From: Stegostoma tigrinum
Lineage: Eukaryota
Assembly: GCF_030684315.1 (NCBI RefSeq)
Contig: NC_081358.1
Span: 81,990,458 to 82,054,457, forward strand
Direction of reading: 5' to 3'
DNA: 64,000 nt
A program made the translations under genes and the position numbers. The notes under the pieces are model-generated. The model was given only the letters and a program-made list of their open reading frames with translations. It searched no databases and had not been told where the DNA came from. Shown piece by piece: positions 40,050-53,109 of this stretch. Numbering within the stretch: position 1 is the first letter of the stretch; each line of letters starts with the position of its first letter.

Positions 40050-40665
40050 GGTTTGATTTATTATTGCCACATGTACAGAGACACAATGAAAAGTATTGTT
40101 CTGCATGCTATCTAGACAAATCATTACTTACATAAGTAAATCAGGGTAATAGAATGCAGAATATAGAGTTATAGCTACAGAGAAGTGCAGAGAAAGATCA
40201 ACTCTACAATATGAGACGTCTGATAACAGTGGGGAAGAAGCTTTTCTGGAATCTATTGGTGTGTGTTTTAAAACTTTTATATCTTCTGCCCAATGGAAGA
40301 GGGTGGAAGAGAGTTTAATAAGTTCGGGAGGGGTATTTGATTATGTTGGTTATTTTCGTGAGGCAGTGGGAAGTGTAGGCAGAGTCAATGTAAGGAAGGC
40401 TGGCTTGTGTGATGGACTGGGCTGCATTCAAACTCTCCGTGATTTCTTGCAATCTTGGGCAAAGCAGTTGCCATACCCAGCTATGATGCTTCTGGTTAGG
40501 ATAATTTCTGTGGTGAATGGACAATAATTATTAAGAACCACTGTGCTGAATTTATTTAGCCTTCTGAAGAAGTGGTGGCATTGGTGTTTTCTTGACTGTA
40601 GCATCGCTGCAGATGGACCAGGGCAGATTGTTGGTGATATTTACTCCCAGGCAGTATTTTCTGTA
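40050..40665 (-). mobile_element. Rex1/Babar-type LINE 3' end
   Basis: Frameshifted AQSITQASLPYIDSAYT..CL.KITNIIK.P and SFFP.VIR motifs; tail cttttcattgtgtctctgtacatgtggcaataataaa. Confidence 0.7.
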
Positions 40666-42057
40666 AGAGATCTTTCCAAATACATGCATTACTTTTTAAT
40701 AGTGATGTGTTCTGGTCCTTTACTGCATAGAGAGCCTCATAATCTGTTATGCGTTGTGATTGAGTTCTGGTAAAGTGGCTATACCCCTGAAGATCTGTGC
40801 CCCTGAATTTTGCAGTTTGACACTTATGGGTCGAACATCCACTGTTTTTATCCATAGCTGGCAGCCAGCCATATTGAAATAGACGTCCTGTATGAATTTT
40901 AAATATGTCAAATCCTTTCTCATGTAAAATGATAATGCCGAATCTCTGCTGGCCCCTTTTGACTTCACCTACAAATGTCAGCTTACTTTGTTGATCTTCA
41001 CTCTTGGTTTCTGGGCTATCTGTTTTTCCAGACATGGTAAAGTCACGAGATTAGTAATATATAATCTCAGGCTAATGTGCTGGGAGCATGGGATCAAATC
41101 CTATCATGGCAGCTGTTGAAATTTGAATGCAATAATAGCTCAGGGTATGACCAGATTTTGCATTGGAGTGAATTATATGATTAGCAGCTTCTTTAAGTCT
41201 GTAAAGCAGTACTTACCTCTACGCGTTGTCTCATGAGGATATCACCAGTTATAGGCCCAACAGAAATGTATTGACTTGATGCCTTTGTTCCGTTGCATGC
41301 AACCTCTAACACAGTCCTGTAACTCTAAAACAGCCAGATATAGAGTTCCCATTTCTGGCCTAGTTGTGGGCCCTTAGCATTTTCAATTTTCTGCATAAAT
41401 GACAGTGTCTTGAACAGAGTTGCCATCTGATTAATTAATGTACTTCACTGAGCTGAGTAAGTGCTTGAATACTTCCCCTTCACTGCTTGAAGTCGTCCCG
41501 GAAGACAGTCTCTCCCTCTCTTTGGTACTGTAACATTCTATTTACCAATATTTACTGAATATTAGGGCTGGAGAGGAATCCAAATGGGGAGTTATGGGAA
41601 GAGGCCATCATGAGTGTTGTGAATGCAGGGAAATAAGAAATTACAAAAATATTTTGTGATTAAAGATTTACTTCTAATTGGCAGCCATTGTAGAATATGT
41701 CTGAATTTCATTCCGTAAATTTCTCTTGGAGATGAAAATGAATATTAACCCTTGCCCCCATTCAATTTGATCCATGACATGTTCTGAACTAACTGATTCC
41801 AGTTCATTTAACTACAGAAAACATCCAAAACATTCCTTCTAAATCCATCTTGCAACATTCCTTTGACCACACAGTTACCATGCATTTCAAAGAATCTCTA
41901 GGCACAAAATTTGTCCAGATTTTCTGGCATCTACTGTTAATGTTGCTCAAAATGGATCTGTGAAACCACCAAGGCATTACTGAAAGAAATCTGAGAACAC
42001 TGCAGATTAGAGAAGTGCATTTATTTTTTGTCGATTTATTGGGAATGTCCAAGGTAC

Positions 42058-42210
42058 CTTCTTTTCAGGAAGTTCCACCTGCTTCCAATTGTTTGCCTTC
42101 AGTTGATGTAGCTCATCAAATTTCATGCTGACATTTTCAATAGACAACTGCAGCATGTCCCAAAACCCTGCCAAGTCTTGGGAGGTTAATCGAGGACAAG
42201 CATTTGGATT
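42058..42210 (-). CDS. DLGAP1: DLGAP1 coding exon (GKAP domain; not in ORF track)
   Basis: Translates NPNACPRLTSQDLAGFWDMLQLSIENVSMKFDELHQLKANNWKQVELPEKK, most similar to the DLGAP1 paralogue. CACAG acceptor, AAG|GTACC donor, 153 nt, phase 0/0. Confidence 0.95.
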
Positions 42211-42474
42211 CTGTGCACAACAGGAGAAGAATGTGTAAGTTTTGCACTTACTTTATTTTCTAAGAATACACACAGGCATACACATATATGCATTTTTTTT
42301 TTGCTTGTATTAGATCCTTATTTTGATAGCTTTGGTATGCCAGTAAAGTTAAAACTATTTGAAGATTAAACAATTCAGCTCAGTCACTGCTTGAATGAAT
42401 CAATGCTGTTATGGTTACAGTAATTTGGCGGGAACAAGCGTGATGGAATGCACATTAATACAATGTTCACATAC

Positions 42475-42566
42475 CATGTTTTCTTCACATAGTCCGCTGA
42501 ATTGTTGGAACTTCTGAGATATGAGGAGTTGAGCACTTCCAATTGCACTTCGTATTTTCCCCAAAA
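42475..42566 (-). CDS. DLGAP1: DLGAP1 coding exon (GKAP domain)
   Basis: A|TT TTG GGG.. gives ILGKIRSAIGSAQLLISQKFQQFSGLCEENM. TTTAG acceptor, GTATGT donor, 92 nt; phase matches the upstream exon. Confidence 0.95.
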
Positions 42567-43929
42567 CTAAAGTAAAATAATAGAAGGAAGAAGTGATATT
42601 CAATAAGTTTCAAATAAACTGTATACTGTACAATTCAATATCTAGCTCAGTGTTGTTTGAAAATAAGTCTGTACTCAGCTAAGTGATTAAGTGCTTTGGA
42701 TATTAACAAAAATAACACATTTAATCAAAATGAGAGAAATTGTTACGAACAAATTTTCAGAGTGTCTGAATTCAATTTTATTTTCTGCTAAATAAATAAC
42801 TTAGGACTTGTTAAGGCTCAATTCTGGACAATTAAATCTGTGTAAGTAAATTTTCAGGCCAGTTGCTGCTTTTCATCTGACTCCGTCATTACTTAATATT
42901 CAAAAACAAGCAAAAGCTGCCGGGCTGTCATCAGGAGTGGTTCATTTTCCTCCCTGACCCAAAGGTAAGGCAGTCAGTCAATAATCCTGTGTTACAGCCT
43001 CAGCTGAGATCGGCTGACAACAGAGATTGGTGAGTGGAGTTCTTCCTTGCTTGTGGCAGCTGTTCAATGGACAATGTCTACTGATTCAGAAGTTGTCACA
43101 TTCCTCAACATGCTCATCTAGAAAATCTGCAGGGATGCATTCTGGCAATTAACCCCTCTATCATAGACTCAGATCATTTAATGGATGGCAGGTTCTGTAG
43201 CAAAAGGGGCATCTATGAGCAGTCGGATGTAGCCAAATATGTTATCAGGCATTTCTGAGATTTGGATGCAAGGCATTAGAACAATCCAGAACCTCTTAAA
43301 TGCCTTTATCATCTTCCTTCACAGAAGTGTCGCATGCAGATATTAAAACTGACAAAAAATATTGCTTCTCTTGCCTGGGCCATTGCACAGACACCATTTT
43401 CACCACCAAGCAATAGTCCCTTTACTGTTTGCAATGAAAATCAATGGCAGGACTGAGATGAGGAATGAATGTATCAACTTAGAATTACAGCTCTTGTATA
43501 AGGATAGTATGTGTGAGGAATTCTTAAACCAAAGGTTCACATGAAAGAAATGGTAAATGTGCAATAGATTCTGAGCTGGGTGAGGCAGGAATAGTGTTTG
43601 ACTATATGGTCAACCCCCTAATCCTGAGGCTGTTCTACAGCCAGACAAAATGATCTTTCACTGACCATTGTGTTAAATCCTTTTGGTGGAGCTTTCTTTG
43701 AATTATTGCTGACTACTGTTTCAAAGAAAGTGTGGTAGGTAGTGCTTGAAGAATTGAGAGGCAGGAGACTTCTGCTGGGAACTTTGTTGGAATGTAAGAA
43801 GTGGTTTTGTGAAATGTAAGGAAAAGAGGGGCATTTGATAATTTACAGATGCCTGATGATGAAATTACAAATAATGCCGACACACATGTAGTCTCACCAA
43901 TGACTGAGGTCAGAGATTAGGAAGTACAT

Positions 43930-44452
43930 AGTGAGCAATTCCTCTCCTAACTCCTCAAACCTGTCCATTCCCTCCTTGCCTGGTTGGGTGTAGCTCCAAC
44001 AACACTCAAGAAGCTTGACACCATCCAGATCAATGCAACTGCTTGATCAATACCCTATCCATTATTTTAACCATTAGTTCTAACATAACGCACAGTGGTA
44101 ACAGTATGTACATACAAAATGTGCTGTAACAACTTGACTAACCTCCTTTGAGGCACTTAAGCCTCTGACCCCCACCATCTAGGTAGAAGTTGAAGAGCAT
44201 TAGATGCACAGGTACACCACAACCTGAGAGTTCCCATCCAAGCAACACAACATTGTGACTTAAAACTGTGTCGTTGTTCCTTCACCATCACTGAAGTTAT
44301 TCAGAAACAGTATTTAGGATGTACCTACATTACCTACACCTTTATGGTTCATGAAAGCAGAACACCATCACCTTCTCAAGCCCCAATCTGGATGGGGAAT
44401 GAGTTTTAACCTTGCCAATGATGCTGTCATCTCATGAAGGAATGGAAATAAA
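43930..44452 (+). mobile_element. Decayed copy of the 1-920 LINE family
   Basis: ccaacaacactcaagaagcttgacaccatccag... and the family tail. Confidence 0.7.
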
Positions 44453-45122
44453 CTTGTAATCTGAGCCAAATGGATGGATAGGACCAATCCAAGATGCAAT
44501 GGTCTTGATGGTGGGTCAACACCGAGTCGTGAAACTGTAGACCTTGACAAGATACAGGAGAGGTCTTGGTCACGCATTGCTCTTGGGTTTATCTTCAACC
44601 TTTTAGATTCATTTTGCCAGTGGACTAGCGTAGATTAGGATGAGATGTTGAGGGTGGTGATGCATGACTCTCTTTCATTATAACCTAACTTTTGTGCTCC
44701 CACTTAGAGAAAAAAAACCCTCAAATACCAAACAGATCAGCTAATTAATGCTCAAGACCTCAGCTCTCAGTTACCTAACAAAATGCAGGGCAGAATATTC
44801 CCAGCCCTTGAGCTGGGAATTCGTGAGAAAGTTGGGAGGATTATATGAGATTGGCAGTGAAGAGATTCTCCTTGTCAACAATAAATTGTCCAATTCTCCA
44901 ACCAAGTGTTAAATGGCAAGACAAGATTCTCATAAATCTTTGCACATATTACTGTTTGCTAACATTGCCATTACGATGATGTCATCTCAATGGCAAGCAG
45001 TTTCCCATTGTCCCAGCCAGTGAGCGGAAACAAGGCGGTGACAATTCCTGACATAAAAATCTGAGGGTAGTCTGGTGACCCCAGCCTTGGACCTCCGTCA
45101 GTCATTAACAAAACACACCTGT

Positions 45123-45131
45123 ACACACACA

Positions 45132-45187
<56 letters not shown>
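45123..45187 (+). repeat. (CA)n microsatellite
   Basis: Direct reading. Confidence 0.97.
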
Positions 45188-45189
<2 letters not shown>

Positions 45190-45299
45190 ACCCTTGTGGT
45201 TGAAGAGTGAGGCTGTTTCTGTGGAGACGCTGAAAGTTCTATGTCCCCAGCAATCAGAAAGGAAGTACTGTCCTTTGTTGTTCTAGTTCCCCATTACCC

Positions 45300-45700
45300 T
45301 TTGAGGCTATTTTTGTTAGAGAGAAGAAGGTTGAGAGGTGACTTAATTGAGACATATAAAATAATCAGAGGGTTAGTTAGGGTGGATAGGGAAAGCCTTT
45401 TTCCGAGAATGGTGATGGCGAGCATGAGGGGGCATAGCTTTAAATTGAGGAGTGAAAGAAATAGGACAGATGTCAGAGGTAGTTTCTTTACTCAGAGAGT
45501 AGTAAGGGAATGGAACGCTTTGCCTGCAACGGTAGTAGATTCTCCAACTTGAGGTACATTTAAGTTGTCATTGGATAGGCATATGGACGTACATGGAATA
45601 GTGCAGGTTAGATGGGCTTCAGATCGGTATGATAGGTCGGCACAACATCGAGGGCCAAAGGGCCTGTACTGTGCTGTAATGTTCTATGTTCTATGTTCTA
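45300..45700 (+). mobile_element. Young CR1 LINE 3' end
   Basis: LERRRLRGDLIETYKIIRG..RV...MRGHSFKL...FFTQRVV..WNALP; tail (TTCTATG)n. Confidence 0.9.
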
Positions 45701-45829
45701 TACCTCAATCTGCATTTCATCTTAACATGCCACAACTCTGGTCCCTTGGTCACAAATTTCTCTCTTCTGTGTCCTGCCTTTAACGATCACATGACTGTGG
45801 TGGCTGTGGTCAAGAGATTGCCTGTGGTC

Positions 45830-46040
45830 CAGAAATGTGCAGGTTGGATGGTTTGGCCATGCTAAATTGCCCACAGTATCCAGGGCCGTGCAGGCTACGT
45901 GGATCCATGGGAAATGCAGGAGTACATGATAGGGTAGGGGAGTGGATTGGGGTGGGATGCTCTTTGAAGGGTCAATTTGGACTCAATGGATCAAATGACC
46001 TGCTTACACGCTGTGGGGGTTTTATGGATTCTATGATTCC
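45830..46040 (+). mobile_element. V-SINE/HE1 3' half
   Basis: atgtgcaggttggatggtttggccatgctaaattgccc..., homologous to 54490-54645. Confidence 0.7.
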
Positions 46041-46129
46041 CGCATCCCACAGGGCAGCACAGACACCTTGCAGGAAGCACTAGCAATACTGCCTACTACA
46101 CTGGCAGCTGCGCTGATAGTGACACCTCA

Positions 46130-46920
46130 ATGATAACAAGGTGTAGAATGGGATGAATACAGCAGGCCAGGCAGCATCAGAGGAGCAGGAATGCTAATGT
46201 TTCAAGTCTGGACCCTTCGTCAAAAATGCGGGAGGGGAAGGATTCTCTGAAATAAATAGAGAGGGGGGAGGCGATGATAGAAGGTGGATAGTGGAGCAGG
46301 TAGTGGACAACATTGGAGGGGAAATTGAAGGCCATTGTGAAGGCAAAACGCCCTTGACTGCATCTCTCATGTTTCCTGCACCTCAGCCTTCGCAACCTCT
46401 CACCGCAATAACAACAAAAACATGATTCCCCTTGTCCTCATGTATTACCCCATCAACCAAAACGGACATGTCATCAAAGGAATGGGAGGGGGTGTTGAAG
46501 TGGTTCGCGACTGGGAGGTGTTGCGTTTGTCACGAACCAAGCGTAGGTGTTCCACAAAGCAGCCTCCAAGCCTCTGCTTGCTTTCCCCAATGTAGAGGAG
46601 GCCACATCGGTAGCAGTGGATACAACAGAGTACATTAGCGGGTGTGCAGGTGAACATCTGTTTAATGTGGAAGATTTTCTTGGGGCCTGGGATGGAGGTG
46701 AGGGGTGAGGTGTAGGAGCAGAGGTAGTGCCTCCTGCGGTTGCAGGAAAAAATGTTGGGAGTGGTGGGGAGTGTGGAGTGGATGAGGGAGTCACGAAGAA
46801 AGTGGTCCCTCTAGAAGGCAGATAAGAGTGGGGACGGAAAAATGTCCTTGGCAGTGGGGTTGGGCTGCAGGTGGCGTAAATGGCGGCGAGTGATGTGTTG
46901 AATTTGGAGGTTGATGGAAG
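46130..46920 (-). mobile_element. Rearranged Penelope 3' fragment with GIY-YIG domain
   Basis: FTC...NV..CIHC.RCGLLYIGESKQRL..F.EHL. Reverse pLTR at 46130-46310; plus-oriented insert at ~46345-46458. Confidence 0.8.
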
Positions 46921-47149
46921 ATCACAGAACTGAGATGACTATTTTTGCATTTTCCCAGCCTCAGATTTGAATTCATACAACAGCACAATATTTGAATTAT
47001 ACTGCTCCTATCTAACATGATACAATGAAAATTTGTTGCTATATTCTTTATGCTTCATTTAAGCCACAAAAAAAAATAGAATTTGGATAAAATTTATATT
47101 ATTGCCTGTTGCACTTAATTCAAGAAATGTCACTTCTCCAATATTCGTG

Positions 47150-47420
47150 AAAACATGCAGATGCTACAACAACAGATGAATGGTCAACAAGCAACAATCA
47201 CCAGGCAGGGACATTTCCTCTCAGTGGGAGAACACTTCAGCGGTCAAGAACATTTGGCCTTGGATCTCTGGATGACAGTATACACAACAACCCAGAGTTG
47301 CCAAGCAGAGACTCATAGCCAAGTTTGGTACCCATGAGGATGGCCTCAACCTGGATCTTGGGTTCATGTTGCACTACAGGTGATTTCACCTCACTATACA
47401 CTCTCAAACACACTCTTACA

Positions 47421-47489
<69 letters not shown>

Positions 47490-48025
47490 CTATTTGCAGA
47501 TACATTCCATTTTGTTCAAAAAGCAAATAATTTACAAACAGTCAGCCAATGTGGAGTTTTATTATTTCCTGCTTTAGAAATAAAACCAATCTGTCTCCAA
47601 GCCAAAACACAAACAGCTTCTAAACAAGGCCTCACACCTAACATGCATTGTCTGTCCTGAAATGTCACCTTTTCTTTACACTGATAAAACCTTTAGTTCT
47701 CCCTTTAGGGGGCATATGGAATGGAGACAATCAGATCAGCCATATAAAAGTCAAAGTCAAGGGGAGATTTGAAAGAAATTCAGGGACTTACATATACAAA
47801 TTAATCAATTAAAACTTTCTAACCGATTAAAGATTTAACAGCATCTCAGGTTTATTTAATACATCCTCATCAGTTGCGTGAACCTTTGATCTTTTAGTTA
47901 TACATTCTGTGTTCTTGTGTGCTTCTTTCTCACTTCATCTGACAAAGGGGCTATGCTCCAAAAGCTTGTCTTTTCAAATAAACCTGTTGGACTGTAACTT
48001 GGCGTTGCATGATTTCTGACCTTGT
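47150..48025 (+). mobile_element. Second Penelope family 3' end with (CA)n at 47424-47488 and a degraded hammerhead at ~47936-47972
   Basis: GIY-YIG C-terminal pattern (VGEHFSG..H, LIAKFGTHEDGLN.DLGF); catctgacaaaggggctatgctccaaaagcttg. Confidence 0.65.
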
Positions 48026-48954
48026 CCAATCAAAAACGACAGTCAGAAAATAATTGTTTTGTCAGGGTGACAACAAATGTTAGGAACTCCTCCCAAGGTA
48101 CACTGAGTCACCCAACTTGTAAAATAAACAATCTATGTTATTGCAGCAGAGGGACGTGTTCCATCATTAGAAGGTTGCTCAATGTATACTGGGCAATGGA
48201 CTCACATGAAGAACAAACTGATCACTGTTTGTTAAAGGAAGTGCTACTTTAAGCCATGGACAACTTCATGACTGTCTGAATATCTCACAATTTACTGGTG
48301 CACGCATTATCACACCTGTTTTATTCTTTTCTGATACTGACTGATTCCTTCCGTATTTCAAATACTCCATGCTTTTATTTCAGACTTCCAAAATTTACCG
48401 TTATTACTTTTTAAATCAATTCAAATTTGGAAGCCAGCCAAATCCTTGAAAGAAGAAAAATGGGGAGGGAGACATTATAACTACAAATCAATTTGTAATT
48501 CTCCCAGGTCTGACCACCCACCTCAGCTTCCTATAATCTTTCTTGTACAAATAACAAACATTCTATCATTATTTTTCCATATAGTCAATATTTTCCCAAA
48601 AGATCTAAATAAATGTTGAAAAAAAATAGAGAAAATGCAAGATTTTGTCTTTAAAGTGTTAGTGGTTCATAGTTTGGTTATGAAATTCAAATTCATATAA
48701 CAAGGCTATTGAAGAAAAAAATGGGCTGTGAAAGCAATAACATAGTATTGTGAAGAAAATGTTTCAATGTTTCAGAAAAGACAACAAAACATGTAAAATT
48801 TGACAGTTTCACTACAACCACTGATATTCTTAACATTGTGTAAACATTGCATCTGAATATAACATTATTTTATACAATGTATATATTTATGGTTCACCAT
48901 TATTACAAAGAAAATGAAAGTGAGCTATGGCTTTTTTAAAATATATCTATAATA

Positions 48955-49209
48955 GCGAGTTTTGAGAAGATTTGTAGCTCAGGTTGAGGTTCTGGATGTG
49001 AGTTTGCTCGCTGAGCTGGAAGGTTAGTTTTCAGACGTTTCGTCACCATTCTAGGTAACATCATCAGTGAGCCTCCGACGAAGCGCTGGTGTTATGTCCT
49101 GCTTTCTATTTACCAGCGCTTCGTCGGAGGCTCATTGATGATGTTACCTAGAATGGTGACGAAACGTCTGAAAACTAACCTTCCAGCCCAGCGAGCAAAC
49201 TCACATCCA
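48955..49209. mobile_element. Palindromic Penelope pLTR (third family): 98-bp arms, 21-nt spacer
   Basis: Arms 48993-49090 and 49112-49209 are reverse complements with 2 mismatches. Confidence 0.9.
49031..49070 (-). ncRNA. Minimal type-I hammerhead ribozyme, intact
   Basis: Minus strand UCA-CUGAUGA-U-GUUACC(UAGAAU)GGUGAC-GAAAC-GUC-UGA: stem I UCA/UGA, 6-bp stem II, palindromic ACGU stem III, GUC cleavage triplet. Confidence 0.8.
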
Positions 49210-50706
49210 ATATCTATAATAATGTGAAATCTGAAGCACCTTCTACTGACTTTAAAGTTTTCCACACCTATCCTGTCATAACAAAATCTGGTTGCACTGT
49301 CCTTTCCAGAACTTTTGATATCTAAGCTGTGGAGCCCTATGAGCATAGCTCATCATATGCTAAAACAGTGCTTCCCCTCAAAACAAAAAAAATGCTTCCA
49401 ACCTCTTTTGTTAATTATAAAGCATGTCAGGCAGTGAGTAGAGTAGAGTTGGGGTGGAAGGTGTGTAAGAGTTCTGTAGGAATCATACCTTGTGGGAGGA
49501 ATATGTGGCAGGAACGAATGAACATATTGGGAAAAGCAAATGATACCATCAAAGTCTTGCAACTGGGCAGGAAGAACATATGAAATAGGAATATTACACC
49601 ACATGGTTCTTTGAGCCTGCTCCACCATTTAATTTGATAATGGCTAATCTTTGGGTTTAAGTCCCAAGTTGATTAAGTTGATTTTCTCAGAGATCAAATT
49701 TCTGTAAATCTCAGCCTTAGATATATTCAACAATGGAGCATCCGGAACATTTTAGGACAGAGAATTTCAAGGATTTGAAACTTCAAAGAAATTTTGCTTG
49801 TCTCAGTCTTAAATAATTAGTCTTTTATTCTGAACACCCACGTGTTCTAGACTCCCTAAACATTCCCTTAAGTTCTATTCTGAGGATCTTATATGCTTCA
49901 ATGAGATCATTTCTCTTTCTATTAAATTGCAAGTAAGACAAGTTCAATTGTTTCAGCATCTCATATGCCTCAACCTCAGGATTACTTTAACAAAACTTCA
50001 CTGAACTAATTCCAGGGTATGAAAATATTTCCTTAAGTTTGGAAATCCAAACTATGCACAGTACTGTGGCTGTGGATGGACTGAAGCCAAAAGAACTGCA
50101 GCAAGACCTCATTAAAAAGTACTTTTTAAAGTAGTAGGACATATTTAACATAGAGCGAGAATGTTCAATGAGCTTGACAGTCTAATCTGTTAAATCCACA
50201 AAGTGAATTACTGATGCATCATTTCAGTTTACTGGGGAGGAGAACTTCATCTATATTTTAGAACTGTACATTTCTCTGTAATAAAGACAACCATGTTACA
50301 TGACTTCCTATCTGGTCATTGTATGAGCTCTCTGCATTCTTTACGACGATATCCATGTCCTTTTGAATATCAATATTAAAAAAAAATCTGCTTTTTTATT
50401 TTTACCACAAAGTGAATAACTCCACATTTCCACACATTAAGTTTTATCTGCCCTAACTTGACTATAAATCTTTGTAGCCTATTTATGTCCTTCTCATAGC
50501 TTACATTTTCGGCAAGTTTTATATCACCAGCCAGCTTGGGTACATGACTCTTGGTATTTTTATCCCAGTCATTAACAGATATTATAATAGCTGAGGCTCC
50601 AGTGCCTATTCTTGTGGCACTCTACAAGACAAAACTTTCAAAATTACAACATATATCTATACTTTTTGCTTCCTGTCTGATAACCAAGCCACTGATCATA
50701 ATAATA

Positions 50707-50898
50707 CAGGCAGTCTCCAAATTATAAATGGGTTCTGTTCCTGAGCATGTTTTTAAGTCAATTGTATGCAATTCGGCACACAATAGAATGTAATATAAAA
50801 TAGCCATTCATAAGTACAAGCAAATATTTGCATTCTGGATCTTTAACAGTAATCTTACTCATTAGTGAGTCAGACATTCATAAACTGGAGACCATCTG
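50707..50898. mobile_element. Tigger/pogo-type MITE
   Basis: TA-caggcagtctccaaattataaatg ... cattcataaactggagaccatctg imperfect TIRs. Confidence 0.65.
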
Positions 50899-52509
50899 CA
50901 TAAGACTGCCAACTAAACTTGTGACTGAAATTATGCTTAAGTTTTTGTGTGGCACTTAATTAAATACCTTCTTAAAAACAAGCATACCATATCTACTTTT
51001 TCCCTTTATCTATACTGAGTTGCAACATTAAAAACAAAATGAATACACTTGCGAAGGATGATTTTCTTTTTGTAAAACCATGTTGTTTCTTTTCTGATCA
51101 TAATATAATTTACTAAGTTCATTGTTAAGACTGCCTTAATAAGAGTCTGAAGTTTTCCCGAATACTGATTTCCAGTTAACTGGCTTGTGGTTCATTGATT
51201 TATCTTTTTTTTCTTTTCTGGAGTGTTACATTGTATAACCTCCAATCTGCTGTGACCATTCTAGAATCAATCAGAAAATTGTAACCATCACATCCACTAT
51301 GGCTGCTACTTCCTTTCGAATGTTGTGAGGATTGGTTAGATTTTATCCCATTGAGTTTCTCTGCTGACATTAATTACCTAATGTTCCACACTCATAAGCC
51401 ACTTGATGACTCGTTATTTCTTGTAAATAAGTTGTGACTTCTCCAGTGAAGTAGACACAAAATGTTTGTTCAATGTCTCCACTATTTCCTCATTCCCCAT
51501 GACAGCTTCTTCAGTCTCTGATTCTAAGGGATCGATGTTTACTTTAGCTTTTGTTAAAATGTACTTGGGAAAGCTCTTAAAATCTGTTTTTACATTTTCT
51601 TGACTGGCTTACTTAAATACTCTACATTTTACCTCTCAACACTAATTTTGGTAGCAACTTGCTGGTTTTATTACTCAAATTTAATATTATGCCTTACCAT
51701 ATTATAAAACTTTTTTAAAAAATCTAATATTATCTTTAATTTCCTTAGCAAAGCACAAGTTGAACTTACTTTAGGTTTTGTTTTTAATGGAATGTATTTA
51801 ATTAAACATTTTGACTAACTCCTAACAATTCCCATTGCTTATTTATTGCTGCACCTTTCAGTTTTTATGAAAACCTCAGCAAATCTTTCCTTTGTAATGT
51901 CGTTCATGTTGAGAATGCTCTCAATCCTGTTGTGTGGCATTATCAACATAGATTGAGGGACTTCAGTTTAGGACTATAAGACCATTAGATGTAGGACCAG
52001 AAGTAGTCGCTTCAACTCATCACGTCTGCTCCACTATTCAATGAGATCACGGCTTATCTGATAATCCTTAACTCTCTGCCTTTACCCATAACCATTTATT
52101 CCTTTATTGATTAAAAATCTGTCTATCTTAGTCTTGAATATACTTAATGACTTAGCACCAACAGACTTCTGTGGTAAAGAATTCCACAAATCACTACTTT
52201 CTGAGAAAAGAAATTCCTTCTCAACTCTGTCTTAACCCCTTATTATGCTCTTTGGTGGTAGATTCACCTCCAAGGGGAAATAACTTTTCCGCATCTACCC
52301 TGTCATGTCCGCTAAGAATCTTGAAATAAGGTCACCTCTCATTTTTCTATATGCCAATGAGCACAGGCCCATCTCCTCAATACCTTGTCATACATTAATC
52401 TCTCCATGCCTGCTATCAGCCTAGTGAGCCTTCTCCAAACTGCTTCCAGTGCTAGTATATCTTTCCTTAGATCAGAGGCCCAAAATTGTTCACATGAAAG
52501 GCTGTGGAA

Positions 52510-52835
52510 CGTACAGGTAATGTAACTCGACTAGTAACTCAGAACCCCAGCTAATGATCAGAGGGGATATGGCTTGGAATCCCATTGTGGCAGATGGCAA
52601 AATTTGAACTCAATTAAAAAACAAAAAGTGAAATAAAAAGCTCATCTACTGGCAACCATGTAGCCACTGTCAACTGTTGAAAAACTTATCTGTTTCACTA
52701 AGGTTCTTTAGGGAAGAAAACCTTTTGTCCTTACATGGTCAGGCCTACATTGCGCTGTGAAAATGAGTTTAACTATTTGGATTTTAACTGCTGGCCAAGC
52801 CAGCGACACTCACACATACGAACAAATAAAAAAAA
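52510..52835 (+). mobile_element. Shark SINE with tRNA-like head and the 3' tail of the 1-920 LINE family
   Basis: Tail tgctggccaagccagcgacactcacacatacgaacaaataaaa matches 880-920. Another head copy at ~41035-41135. Confidence 0.7.
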
Positions 52836-53109
52836 TTCAGCTGTGGTCTTACAGTGCCTTGTACAGATTTAGCAAATCCTCTCCACTTTTATACTTCATT
52901 CCCTTTGAACTGAATGCCAACATTCCTTTTGCGTTCCCTATTTCCCACTGAATTTGTCCACTAGGTTTCTGGTGATTCATGGACTAGGATTCCCAAATCC
53001 CTCTGTTCTGTGGCTTTATGCATTTTTTCTCCAGTTAAATAACATTCAGCTCCTCTATTCTTAGTGCTAAGTGTATAATCTCATATACCACACATTATAT
53101 TCTATTGAA

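Larger units (their letters stand above)
37600..41500 (-). mobile_element. Decayed Ty3/Gypsy LTR retrotransposon internal region, interrupted by younger inserts
   Basis: Protease-like FKIHTG (~40900). RNase H motifs ATDASSEGLCAVLMQ and QYATIEKEAL (~38940-39085). Integrase zinc finger GITKCRAR...WWP.I...C.TC (~38360-38460). Confidence 0.75.
49575..53105 (-). mobile_element. Old decayed CR1 LINE fragments with nested inserts
   Basis: Reverse CR1 3' ends at ~49580 and ~51985 and RT remnants (QHGF.K.KS) at ~51060. Boundaries approximate. Confidence 0.6.

Noticed and set aside
44455-44597. Possible short solo LTR (TG...CA)
   Set aside because: No clear poly(A) signal, and the flanks match only imperfectly.
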